From an uncultured virus (IMG/VR IMGVR_UViG_3300025934_000016) (Duplodnaviria; Heunggongvirae; Uroviricota; Caudoviricetes), in the IMG/VR virus record IMGVR_UViG_3300025934_000016: DNA of 20,000 bases. One strand, written 5' to 3'. Shown here in pieces: positions 7,514 through 14,792 of the stretch. Every line of letters starts with the position of its first letter. Position 1 is the first letter of the stretch. Made by a program: the position numbers and the translations under genes. The notes under the pieces were generated by a model. It was not told the origin of the DNA. It was given only the letters and a program-made list of their open reading frames with translations, and did not search any database.

Positions 7514-7719
7514 CAGTACCAGTTGGCGCGGTTCTTTCGCCGCGACTCGCGGGCCGTGCGATTCTTAAGCCTTCTGTGCGCGTGATATCGCTCCAGTAAT
7601 TCCGGGCTTTCAAACCACGATGTGCCTATCGCTCCCCCAGTGCCCATAGAAAGCGGGCTCCCTGTGGCAAGAACCTTCAAAAACAATGCGTCGAGCCACC
7701 GCCGTCCGGGGTCTTCCAT
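7513..7719 (-). CDS. Hypothetical basic protein
   Basis: 68 aa directly downstream of terL, coupled to the next ORF; start uncertain. Confidence 0.5.
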   Translation of the reverse strand: MEDPGRRWLDALFLKVLATGSPLSMGTGGAIGTSWFESPELLERYHAHRRLKNRTARESRRKNRANWY

Positions 7720-7764
7720 CTTTTAGCTCGCCTTTAACCGTAACTGGCAATGTTGTTTCATCGC

Positions 7765-10452
7765 TCAGAACGCATGTTGCACTCCTGCCGATGGGAATAT
7801 TCGGTTCAATCCGCTTCTTTGTTGAACGAGGAGTGCTAGCGAAAAGGCTATCACCCGATCATCGAAACACCCGTCTTGAGCCTCACAGCGGCCATTCTCC
7901 ATGATTCCAAATGTCTGCAATTCAGCAATTAAATCCTTGTCGTTGATCGATCCGTGTTCGCCCTTTGATCCGAGTGACTCCAGATATTCGCCAACTAGGT
8001 TTACCAGCATGGGTTTCGTTCGCTGATCGGTGCGCATCCCTAGTCGGTTTTGTTGCGGGTTTCGGATATCTGCTGGTTGATGAGTGTAGATATGCGGATA
8101 GCCCAGGTCTCGTGACAGTTTGTGCAGAACCAAATTCCCATGGCCCCCTGCATTGTTCTCAACGCAGACGTTGGCGCGATTGTAGAGATTCCCGAGCTTG
8201 GTGAGTTCCTCGGAAAATAGCGCCGGCTCCATGTGGCCGTGCCAGGCGGCAGCAATCGACGCATCGGCGCAGTCAAGCACATAGGCGGCGGAATAATCCC
8301 CGCCTTCGACTCCTTCGGCTACGTCGCAGTTGTGGACGGCCAAGTATCTCGCCAAGTAACTATGCGATGATGTTTCAAAATTGTTGACACATCCGACGTA
8401 TTGACTAACCTCGTTTTTCGCCACCTTCACAAAGAGATATTTCCCATCAATCCAGGCATACGTGCTATTACTACGGCCCACAGGATGCCCGTCAAAGATA
8501 GCGGCCATCGCGGTTGTGGATATCCGCATCTGAAAAGCAGCCTTTTGCTTGTACTCCTTGTCCTTGCCAGGAAAGGAACAGACACCTTCGTCTCTCAACT
8601 TGCTGACTCCAGTAAACATTCCACAAGACAATAAAATGTCTTGGAAATCATTAATCAGACCTTTGGAAATTGAGACACAAGCACCCGCTACGTGGTTTCT
8701 AGATCGAACGGTTCCCCCATCGCCGTCGAAGTAGCCCCTGAAAAACTCTATCCGTAACGGTTTCGGAATCGTTTTAACCCACGGTGGCACTCGCTTATTT
8801 GCCGCTCCACGGCCAAATTGCTGCAAAAAGCGATACATACTCTCGCATGTGAATTTGACCTCAATGACGTTCTCTTTCTCAGTATATTGCGGCGATCTGT
8901 TGAACAGACGAGCAATTAACCTCGCCGCTCTGTCGGCAACCGGCTTATCTACTTTCAGATTCAGCGCCACGGCCACTTGGTAGCCGTAATCTCCTTTTCG
9001 AGGATCAGAAATACGCGCTTTCCATGAGTACCCGTCAGCCAAATAAAGACCGACAAACCACCAAAAGTCGCCGTCCTTTAAGATCGAGGAATCGATAACA
9101 CGATCAACTCTTACCTCGCTTTGCGACGGCCATCTCGAAGGATCGATGTCCACTTCCTGTTGAAACGGAAGAGGTATCCGCACAAAATCACCGGCATTTA
9201 CGGTTTGCGCCTCTTTCCAACTACAGAACGAAGGCTTCTTTCGCCTCCGATCACCGTTGGACACTCGTTGCTCTGTCCTTACGCCGTCCACCGTCCATAC
9301 TGGATGCTCTGGAGTCAACCGAACCGGATCGATAAACCCCTGCACCTTGATAGAGTGAATCGGGCCGTCGTATGGCCTGCGCTGGATGCTTTTAATGCCC
9401 GTCTCGGTGCCGTCTATGTCGTAGAGCAAATCGTCTAGGCCTACCGCCTCGATTTCCTTCCAGCCGTCTCGAGTCAAAACCTGCTCACCATCAGGCAAAC
9501 AGCCTATCACGTACCGATGCCGCAGGTCAGGCGGCGCCCACATCTTGACGTACCCGCCCGCCTTCTCCTCGAGCTTGACGTGGAGCAGGTTCTCATCGGT
9601 GGACGGCAGCAATCCCTGAAACGATGGGACTGTGGCGAGCTTCTTTAAGTCGTCGAGCTGGTCGAGGTTAAACCGGGGAGTACCGATGAACATATCGACC
9701 CGCTCGCCCTCGACAAAGCGCCTGACGAGGATTCGCGGCCAAGTTGCCGTTAACTCCTCGTAATACCCCGGACGCAAGTTTGCCTGATTCTCGCTTGTCG
9801 GCGTAAACCAGTGTTCCCATGTCACTGGCGCAATGCCGGGGAGATTAAACACCATGGTGCCGTGGCGCTCATCCCCGCTTTTATCGATGATTCGTTTGCT
9901 TGCCCAATGGGAACGGGAGGGCGGATTGGAGGTTAGCGCAATCTCGGGCTGCTCCAGCCCTTCTTGTCTAAGTCGGCTGTAAGCTAAATCGAAAACTTCC
10001 TCAGATATTCCGGGACTTACCCTTTGCTCTACTCCTGGCAAGTAGGCCGGGGCTACTTCTTCCAATCCTATAAAGCCGTACTCCGTCGATAAGAACATGC
10101 TGGCATCCTGGGCCGTCTGGCCGTGCCGGAATAATACTTCGTGCATCCGACCGTCCGGGGTGCGAAGCATGTAATCGGCAGGATTGGATTTGGAGATGTA
10201 ACCCATCATGCTATTGTCCGGGAACCACCTGAGCCACGTTTTAAGCGTACTGTCGGATAAGTTGCGGTACGTATCCCTCATAATCACAGCTCTAAGAGAA
10301 ACGCCGAGCTTCGATGCCTGCACCGCCTTAAAGAACACCCGCCATACCAACCAAGTGCTCTTCGCAGTCCCAATTGAGCCCCACACATACTTTAATCGGG
10401 CGCGACTTTGATGAGCTGCTACTGCGACCGGGCCAAAGTGATACTCCGGCAT
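7765..10452 (-). CDS. terL: Phage terminase large subunit, intein-containing (about 504-aa extein)
   Basis: Walker A-like WGSIGTAKST, Walker B GFIGLEEV, motif III TSNP; nuclease motifs YVIG|CDVAEG.EGGDYS, CVENN, DDRVIAFSLA. Confidence 0.92.
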   Translation of the reverse strand: MPEYHFGPVAVAAHQSRARLKYVWGSIGTAKSTWLVWRVFFKAVQASKLGVSLRAVIMRDTYRNLSDSTLKTWLRWFPDNSMMGYISKSNPADYMLRTPDGRMHEVLFRHGQTAQDASMFLSTEYGFIGLEEVAPAYLPGVEQRVSPGISEEVFDLAYSRLRQEGLEQPEIALTSNPPSRSHWASKRIIDKSGDERHGTMVFNLPGIAPVTWEHWFTPTSENQANLRPGYYEELTATWPRILVRRFVEGERVDMFIGTPRFNLDQLDDLKKLATVPSFQGLLPSTDENLLHVKLEEKAGGYVKMWAPPDLRHRYVIGCLPDGEQVLTRDGWKEIEAVGLDDLLYDIDGTETGIKSIQRRPYDGPIHSIKVQGFIDPVRLTPEHPVWTVDGVRTEQRVSNGDRRRKKPSFCSWKEAQTVNAGDFVRIPLPFQQEVDIDPSRWPSQSEVRVDRVIDSSILKDGDFWWFVGLYLADGYSWKARISDPRKGDYGYQVAVALNLKVDKPVADRAARLIARLFNRSPQYTEKENVIEVKFTCESMYRFLQQFGRGAANKRVPPWVKTIPKPLRIEFFRGYFDGDGGTVRSRNHVAGACVSISKGLINDFQDILLSCGMFTGVSKLRDEGVCSFPGKDKEYKQKAAFQMRISTTAMAAIFDGHPVGRSNSTYAWIDGKYLFVKVAKNEVSQYVGCVNNFETSSHSYLARYLAVHNCDVAEGVEGGDYSAAYVLDCADASIAAAWHGHMEPALFSEELTKLGNLYNRANVCVENNAGGHGNLVLHKLSRDLGYPHIYTHQPADIRNPQQNRLGMRTDQRTKPMLVNLVGEYLESLGSKGEHGSINDKDLIAELQTFGIMENGRCEAQDGCFDDRVIAFSLALLVQQRSGLNRIFPSAGVQHAF
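8329..9501 (-). mobile_element. Intein with LAGLIDADG homing endonuclease (391 aa) in TerL
   Basis: Begins CLPDGEQVLTRDGWKEIE, block B LTPEHPVW, LAGLIDADG motifs FVGLYLADG and FFRGYFDGDG, ends AVHN before +1 Cys. Confidence 0.95.
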
Positions 10453-10910
10453 CGATAGTAGCTCTCCAGTGCTTGTTGGCGTCGCAATTCTGGATTAGCC
10501 CAATAACGTTCGCGGTTTTTAACTCGGCAGCATATCCGGCACCTTCGTCTATTGCCTAATAACCTAAGATTCTCTCCTTCCAGCGGATGACCCATTTGAC
10601 ACATAGATTTGCGAGCGTTTAGGGCTGGCGGCCCTACGCCCCGTAGAATGTTCTCTCGGTCGGTTACTAACTCAAGATGCCAAGGATTAACGCAGCTTCG
10701 CACGCGGCAAAGATGATCGGGCACCAGCCCTGGCGGAATCGGTTCTCGATGCTGGATATATGAATAGCGATGGGCCTGGCGGTCATTGTCGCCATTCCAC
10801 CGAAATTTGCCGTATCCCTGGTGAGTTAGGCCCGCGATCCATAGCCAACATCCAGTATTCGGTTCTGCGATATACTTCTCTTCGAACCGTTCCAGTGTGG
10901 TCTTATGCAT
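10419..10910 (-). CDS. Free-standing HNH homing endonuclease between terS and terL
   Basis: EPNTGCWLW..GYG..AHRYSY..PDHLCRVRSCVNPWHLELVTDREN, KSMCQMGH...RRCRIC; paralogous to 3821..4288. Confidence 0.9.
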   Translation of the reverse strand: MHKTTLERFEEKYIAEPNTGCWLWIAGLTHQGYGKFRWNGDNDRQAHRYSYIQHREPIPPGLVPDHLCRVRSCVNPWHLELVTDRENILRGVGPPALNARKSMCQMGHPLEGENLRLLGNRRRCRICCRVKNRERYWANPELRRQQALESYYRCRSITLARSQ

Positions 10911-11166
10911 CAGGGTCTACATTCGTTGACAGGATATAGGTTTGAGCGTCCCCGTGGCGATCTTCGGGAACACGTTTTGGGTGTAAGTAAGGAAGGGCCT
11001 CATGACAGGCCCAATCGCGGTGCGCGGTGTCCTCATTTGGATCACGCATTATGTTAAGTGCGTAATCTAACGGCAATAACCCGCCCCTTCGCGCCTCATC
11101 GAGTTCGTTGGTGCGCTTATTCTTGACACCTTTCTGCCGCCCGCCTGTTTTTCTACCTTTCGCCAT
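10903..11166 (-). CDS. terS: Putative terminase small subunit
   Basis: KGRKTGGRQKGVKNKRT N-terminus, PLDYALNIMRD...ALPYLHPK; lies upstream of terL. Confidence 0.65.
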   Translation of the reverse strand: MAKGRKTGGRQKGVKNKRTNELDEARRGGLLPLDYALNIMRDPNEDTAHRDWACHEALPYLHPKRVPEDRHGDAQTYILSTNVDPDA

Positions 11167-11205
11167 CTATTTTCAGGTCTAACTTAGAGTTGCTGTCTCA
11201 AAGCT

Positions 11206-11279
11206 TGGTGGACCAGGAGGGAGTCCAACCCTCACTTACTGGGTGCAAACCAGTCGTGCTCGCACTACACCACCGGCCC
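11206..11279 (-). tRNA. tRNA-Ala (anticodon UGC), CCA encoded, non-canonical D/T loops
   Basis: GGGCCGG TG GTGT AGTGCGA GCAC G ACTGG TTTGCAC CCAGT AAGT GAGGG TTGGACT CCCTC CTGGTCC A CCA; G3:U70 Ala determinant and A73 present. Confidence 0.9.
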
Positions 11280-11429
11280 ACAAATAGATTGAGTTAGGCA
11301 CCCCGGCCACCCGATTTGCCCCTTCCGAATGGCCGAGGTATCTGTCCGGTGTCTCTGTAGCCCTCCTTTCTGTGGGGGAAAATAGGGGAAATTACCGAGG
11401 CTTACGATTGCCATGTGCTACGTGGCATA

Positions 11430-11476
11430 TCACAACCTGTAGTGGTTGGGAAGGATAAACACACTACGAGCGAGCG
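11430..11476. promoter_or_regulatory. Possible NrdR-box pair upstream of tRNA/terminase operon
   Basis: TCACAACCTGTAGTGG (11430-11445) resembles acaCwAtATaTwGtgt; a half-matching ACACTA... starts 31 bp later (11461). Confidence 0.3.
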
Positions 11477-11697
11477 ATTTCTTTCTAATTGGGTTTTAAA
11501 CGAATCGCGGCAATCGGGGGGATAGCAGAGTGAAGGTCAGCCCTGGAAAGTGGCGCTAATAGAATCCTGGTAAGGATTTCTGGAGGGTTTTGGGGCTATT
11601 TGCTATTTGGCATGTTCCAAACAGGCAGTTTGCGGGTTTGTATCCCGTTGGTTTACCGGGCTATCCGAGCTTGTTTGTGGCAGAATTGTGGCATGGA

Positions 11698-11997
11698 TTA
11701 TTCGCCATCTTTCAGAAACATCGCGCGTGCATACTTTTTGTTCTCGCGCTCAGTTAATTCTTCGGCGTGCCTATCCGCTTCGGTTTTTAGTCGCCAATTC
11801 TCCCGCATGTCGGCCCAGATTTTTCCTGCCGAAGTTTCCGTAATCCACCGTTCGTATGGCAAGCCACTTTCCACAAAAGCATTTCTCGCCGGTCCACTTT
11901 GTGGTTCCGGATGCAGATGAACCTTTGCTCGTTCACCGTTCCCGTCGTACCACTCATCACACATTGCACATTGAATTTTCATGTCTCTGTCCCTCAT
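11698..11997 (-). CDS. Hypothetical protein
   Basis: 99 aa, GAGGGG RBS, ATGA-coupled; contains CAMC. Confidence 0.7.
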   Translation of the reverse strand: MRDRDMKIQCAMCDEWYDGNGERAKVHLHPEPQSGPARNAFVESGLPYERWITETSAGKIWADMRENWRLKTEADRHAEELTERENKKYARAMFLKDGE

Positions 11998-12344
11998 AGC
12001 CGCCCCTCAATCTTCACGGTTTTGATTTTGTGGCAAATTTTGTGGCACAGCTTTCCACAAATTTTCCATTCGAAGACCACCACATCCAGGTTAAAATCCT
12101 CGTAACTGCCAATATCGCCGAGGAATTCCACCTGGTCGTCGTCCAGGTCTGCCAGGTCTGCAATCTCGTTGCCGCCAGCGCGCAAGCGAGGCTGTCCTAT
12201 AATCCGCAGAGGCGCTCCTGCGGCTATCAAGGTCAACGCCGTAAAGAGTTTTGGCGGCAACGTCGCGTTGACCTGCTGGATGGCGAACTCCAACATATTC
12301 ACCCACGCTTCGTCACACGCTTTCTCTATCTCTTCGCGTTTCAT
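11994..12344 (-). CDS. Hypothetical protein flanked by 26-bp direct repeats
   Basis: 116 aa with GAGGGG RBS. Confidence 0.7.
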   Translation of the reverse strand: MKREEIEKACDEAWVNMLEFAIQQVNATLPPKLFTALTLIAAGAPLRIIGQPRLRAGGNEIADLADLDDDQVEFLGDIGSYEDFNLDVVVFEWKICGKLCHKICHKIKTVKIEGRL

Positions 12345-12366
12345 AGCCGCCCCTCAATCTTCACGG
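11994..12366. repeat. Perfect 26-bp direct repeat (11994..12019 and 12341..12366)
   Basis: TCATAGCCGCCCCTCAATCTTCACGG occurs twice, 347 bp apart. Confidence 0.95.
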
Positions 12367-12558
12367 AATACGAAACCCCTTGAATTTTAAGCGTTGCATT
12401 TCGGAGCGCAGGGCAAGCCATGACTGATTTGTCAGCCGGTGCTTAGCCAGAAGGTCGCTCGCGCCCTCCCACAATTTTATGTAGGCATCTCGCCGGTTAA
12501 CCGCCTTTGACGCCATATAGTCAAACTGCCGCTCTACGATGTTTTTGTTTTGCTTCAC
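12361..12558 (-). CDS. Hypothetical protein (65 aa)
   Basis: GTG start at 12558 just after the upstream stop; (M)KQNKNIVERQFDYMASKAV... Confidence 0.55.
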   Translation of the reverse strand: MKQNKNIVERQFDYMASKAVNRRDAYIKLWEGASDLLAKHRLTNQSWLALRSEMQRLKFKGFRIP

Positions 12559-12559
12559 T

Positions 12560-13000
12560 TCAATGCCGCCCCTTCTTGGGCTGCACCCTCCAACTGCTCC
12601 TGACATTCTCGCGCTTGACCTTGTGGTGGTGCTCACGCGCCACATAGTCAAGCACCTGCTTTCTGATCCTGCTCGGCGCCCAACCGAAGCACTCGCAGAT
12701 TGGCACAAAGCCAAGGCAATACGACGACTTATCCGACATGAGCCAATCCTCGGCCAGGGCATGAATTCGTTTGTTCTGACGCGACTTGCAATCGCGCTTG
12801 AGCGTGTACACGGCGTCCATCAAGACGGCCAGCATGAGCTTTCGGTAAGGCGTCAGCTCGCGTGGCGGTGTCCCCTCGTAGTTGTTTATCTGTCGCGCTT
12901 GCCAGTCCCGCAGGCCGGCGAAATCTCCAGTGGGGATATTCGCCAGCTTGATTTTGGCCATGCGTGGGTTCACGGTGGCTTTCGATCTTACGCTCAACAT
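12560..13000 (-). CDS. Conserved-type hypothetical protein (RKLMLAVLMDAV...AEDWL...F..ICE..G..P..IR)
   Basis: Recognisable helical family motif. The best RBS (GGGAGAGGG) precedes ATG 13013 in another frame, so the 5' end may be frameshifted. Confidence 0.75.
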   Translation of the reverse strand: MLSVRSKATVNPRMAKIKLANIPTGDFAGLRDWQARQINNYEGTPPRELTPYRKLMLAVLMDAVYTLKRDCKSRQNKRIHALAEDWLMSDKSSYCLGFVPICECFGWAPSRIRKQVLDYVAREHHHKVKRENVRSSWRVQPKKGRH

Positions 13001-13030
13001 TGGCGTTTGTCATATAGCAACCCTCTCCCT

Positions 13031-13294
13031 TCACCCCGTCACGATCAAGCTGGGCAGTCCGCTCTGCGGGTAATCGAGTATCTCCTTAGCGGTCTCCAGG
13101 TCCACCACAGCATAGCTCTGGCACTGGCAATCCTCCGGGTGGTCCTCATGGATGCAGCCCGGGCCGTCGATCACACAGACAGGGTTTGTATCTCCCACTG
13201 CCAGCGCTCGGTTGACGAGTCGGCAGTGGTCGATGGCCCCGTCCTGGGTATCAAAGAATTCGCAATAGTCCATCATCACTTCTGATCGATTCAT
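13031..13294 (-). CDS. Hypothetical protein
   Basis: GGGGAG RBS, ATG 13294; VIDGP...YAVVDLETA motif. Confidence 0.7.
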   Translation of the reverse strand: MNRSEVMMDYCEFFDTQDGAIDHCRLVNRALAVGDTNPVCVIDGPGCIHEDHPEDCQCQSYAVVDLETAKEILDYPQSGLPSLIVTG

Positions 13295-13296
13295 GG

Positions 13297-13581
13297 CTAC
13301 TCCCCGAAGTCTTTCGCGCAGACTTCGCACTCATCGCAGTGCTTCGATAAACACTCAGGACACATAGTGCCGCAGTAGGTAGCGCGCAGGATCCCAGGGG
13401 GGTCATCCGGAAAGGATTCGCCGCATGTTCCGCATAGATTGATCTCCCCGCCTAGCTCATAATGCGTGGCTACCCCTTTGCCTTCAGCCACTAGAGCCAA
13501 TCCGCCTTCGTCAATCCAGATCGTGCAACCGTTAGGTAAATCGTTCAGCCAATTGAGCAATTTTTCTTTACTTGCTGCCAT
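13297..13581 (-). CDS. Hypothetical protein with C-terminal Cys-rich Zn-binding region
   Basis: AAGGA RBS, ATG 13581; IDEGGL; CGTC, CPEC, CDECEVC. Confidence 0.7.
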   Translation of the reverse strand: MAASKEKLLNWLNDLPNGCTIWIDEGGLALVAEGKGVATHYELGGEINLCGTCGESFPDDPPGILRATYCGTMCPECLSKHCDECEVCAKDFGE

Positions 13582-13594
13582 TTTGTTTTTCCTT

Positions 13595-13678
13595 TCAGAT
13601 TGCGGCCAGAACGCCGCAAACAAACCCGATAATTAGGCCGAGGGTGAGGGTGGCAAAGAACCAGGTTTCCCGGTTCAT
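13595..13678 (-). CDS. 27-aa single-TM microprotein
   Basis: ATGA-coupled, AGGA RBS; MNRETWFFATLTLGLIIGFVCGVLAAI*. Confidence 0.6.
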   Translation of the reverse strand: MNRETWFFATLTLGLIIGFVCGVLAAI

Positions 13679-13896
13679 CGAATCCTTCTTTCTGGTTCTT
13701 CGAGAAACTCCGAGAGGGTCTCCCGGATATCGTACAGCACAGTATAGAGCGTCGATGGCGCCAGCTCGTCGTTGTTGTCCGAGGCATCGAGCGCCGCGTC
13801 TGCCTTCATGCAGAGTTTCATCAGCTCGCGGCGCGTCACCTTGATGTTGGCGTCAGGCTCGTGGAAGAGCGGGGATAGGTCGAGATTCTTACTCAT
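13675..13896 (-). CDS. Hypothetical acidic protein
   Basis: AGGAG RBS; 73 aa. Confidence 0.7.
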   Translation of the reverse strand: MSKNLDLSPLFHEPDANIKVTRRELMKLCMKADAALDASDNNDELAPSTLYTVLYDIRETLSEFLEEPERRIR

Positions 13897-14194
13897 TTGA
13901 TTCTCCTATTAGTGTCACGAAATAAGGACGCCGGCCCGTTACTCGCCAATCATGCGGCTGGGTCATCTTCTGGCGTGCCGTTTCTGCTTGAGTCAGATTC
14001 GCGTATGTCTTCGCGCTCAACTCTCCCTCGTAAGGTTTGGCTGTTACCCATCGACCATCGTGTAACCGAAACATTCCATGCCGCTTGCAGGTTTCAATCG
14101 AATCGAGGTTCGCATCGCAAGTGCACGGAAACTCCGGCGGGCAGCAAATCAATACGGGTTCATCTACTCCGTCGCTATCCCAAATCGTTTTCAT
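13889..14194 (-). CDS. Hypothetical protein
   Basis: AAGGAG RBS; 101 aa; contains AKTYANLTQA. Confidence 0.7.
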   Translation of the reverse strand: MKTIWDSDGVDEPVLICCPPEFPCTCDANLDSIETCKRHGMFRLHDGRWVTAKPYEGELSAKTYANLTQAETARQKMTQPHDWRVTGRRPYFVTLIGESNE

Positions 14195-14230
14195 ATTCTT
14201 TCTCCTTCTCTGTTTCGTAGCGCCTTTCTC

Positions 14231-14428
14231 TCAGCGTTTAGGTTTCTCAGATACTCCTTTGGTCTCTTCGCTCATCACCTTGACGGTATCCCAACACTTG
14301 ATCGGCATGGTTCGCTTCACCTCGGCGCGGGTAAGCCCGAGGGACTTTATTGCCTCGTCCTCGGTCTCGACGTGCTCGGCATAGAGCAGCCGTCCGTCAT
14401 GGAGCTTTACGTGGTAGGTGTAGGTCAT
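14231..14428 (-). CDS. Hypothetical protein (65 aa)
   Basis: AAGGA RBS before ATG 14428 (MTYTYHVKLHDGR...). Confidence 0.7.
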   Translation of the reverse strand: MTYTYHVKLHDGRLLYAEHVETEDEAIKSLGLTRAEVKRTMPIKCWDTVKVMSEETKGVSEKPKR

Positions 14429-14445
14429 GGGTTCCTTTCTGTCTT

Positions 14446-14460
14446 GTCCCAAAATGGTAC
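14446..14460. promoter_or_regulatory. Putative operator, copy 2 (GTCCC-AAAAT-GGTAC)
   Basis: Quasi-palindrome whose arms match 14659..14673; lies upstream of the small-gene operon. Confidence 0.6.
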
Positions 14461-14484
14461 AGTTAGGGGTCAAAAAAAATCTTA

Positions 14485-14646
14485 CTACTTCAGCATCTTC
14501 TCAATTGCCGGTACAACCACCTGCCTGATCTCTTTCTGCTTTTCCCATCGTGCGAGCGTGCTCTTAGGGATTCCGACTAGCTTTGCAAACTTCGAGAGTG
14601 ACATCCCCATCTGCTCGCGCTTCCTCTTCAGTTCCTTTCCTGTCAT
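14485..14646 (-). CDS. Small XRE/Cro-like HTH regulator (53 aa; an in-frame 103-aa extension to 14796 exists)
   Basis: MTGKELKRKREQMGMSLSKFAKLVGIPKSTLARWEKQ is a classic XRE HTH. Confidence 0.85.
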   Translation of the reverse strand: MTGKELKRKREQMGMSLSKFAKLVGIPKSTLARWEKQKEIRQVVVPAIEKMLK

Positions 14647-14652
14647 GCATGC

Positions 14653-14681
14653 AATATCGTCCCATTTTGGTACAATGTCAA
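14653..14681 (-). promoter_or_regulatory. Sigma70 promoter (TTGACA-17-GATATT) with operator copy 1 in the spacer; likely leaderless transcript
   Basis: -35 at 14676-14681, -10 at 14653-14658, ATG 6 nt downstream with no RBS; GTCCC-ATTTT-GGTAC at 14659-14673. Confidence 0.7.
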
Positions 14682-14792
14682 GTACCCCGCGAAAATAAAG
14701 TTCGAGGCGTTTGGTCGCGCGGTTGGTTGTTTCCTTTAATGTTCCTTCCTCTTTAAGAAAATCCTCGAAAGATGAGCCAATGTGCTTCTGTT

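Noticed and set aside
10419..10920. Recoded duplicate tail around the second HNH, like that at 3821-4338
   Set aside because: Translating all frames shows no convincing duplicate of the terS C-terminus or terL N-terminus; only a shared GATGC 5-mer.
11206..11279. tRNA as a prophage attachment site or frameshift suppressor
   Set aside because: No integrase or duplicated tRNA 3' end in the window, it sits mid-genome, and the anticodon loop is a normal 7 nt.
12539..13285. Long plus-strand ORFs (e.g. 12539..13285, 14078..14698, 16440..17009, 18909..19613)
   Set aside because: They are antisense shadows of well-supported minus-strand genes, without RBS or recognisable motifs.
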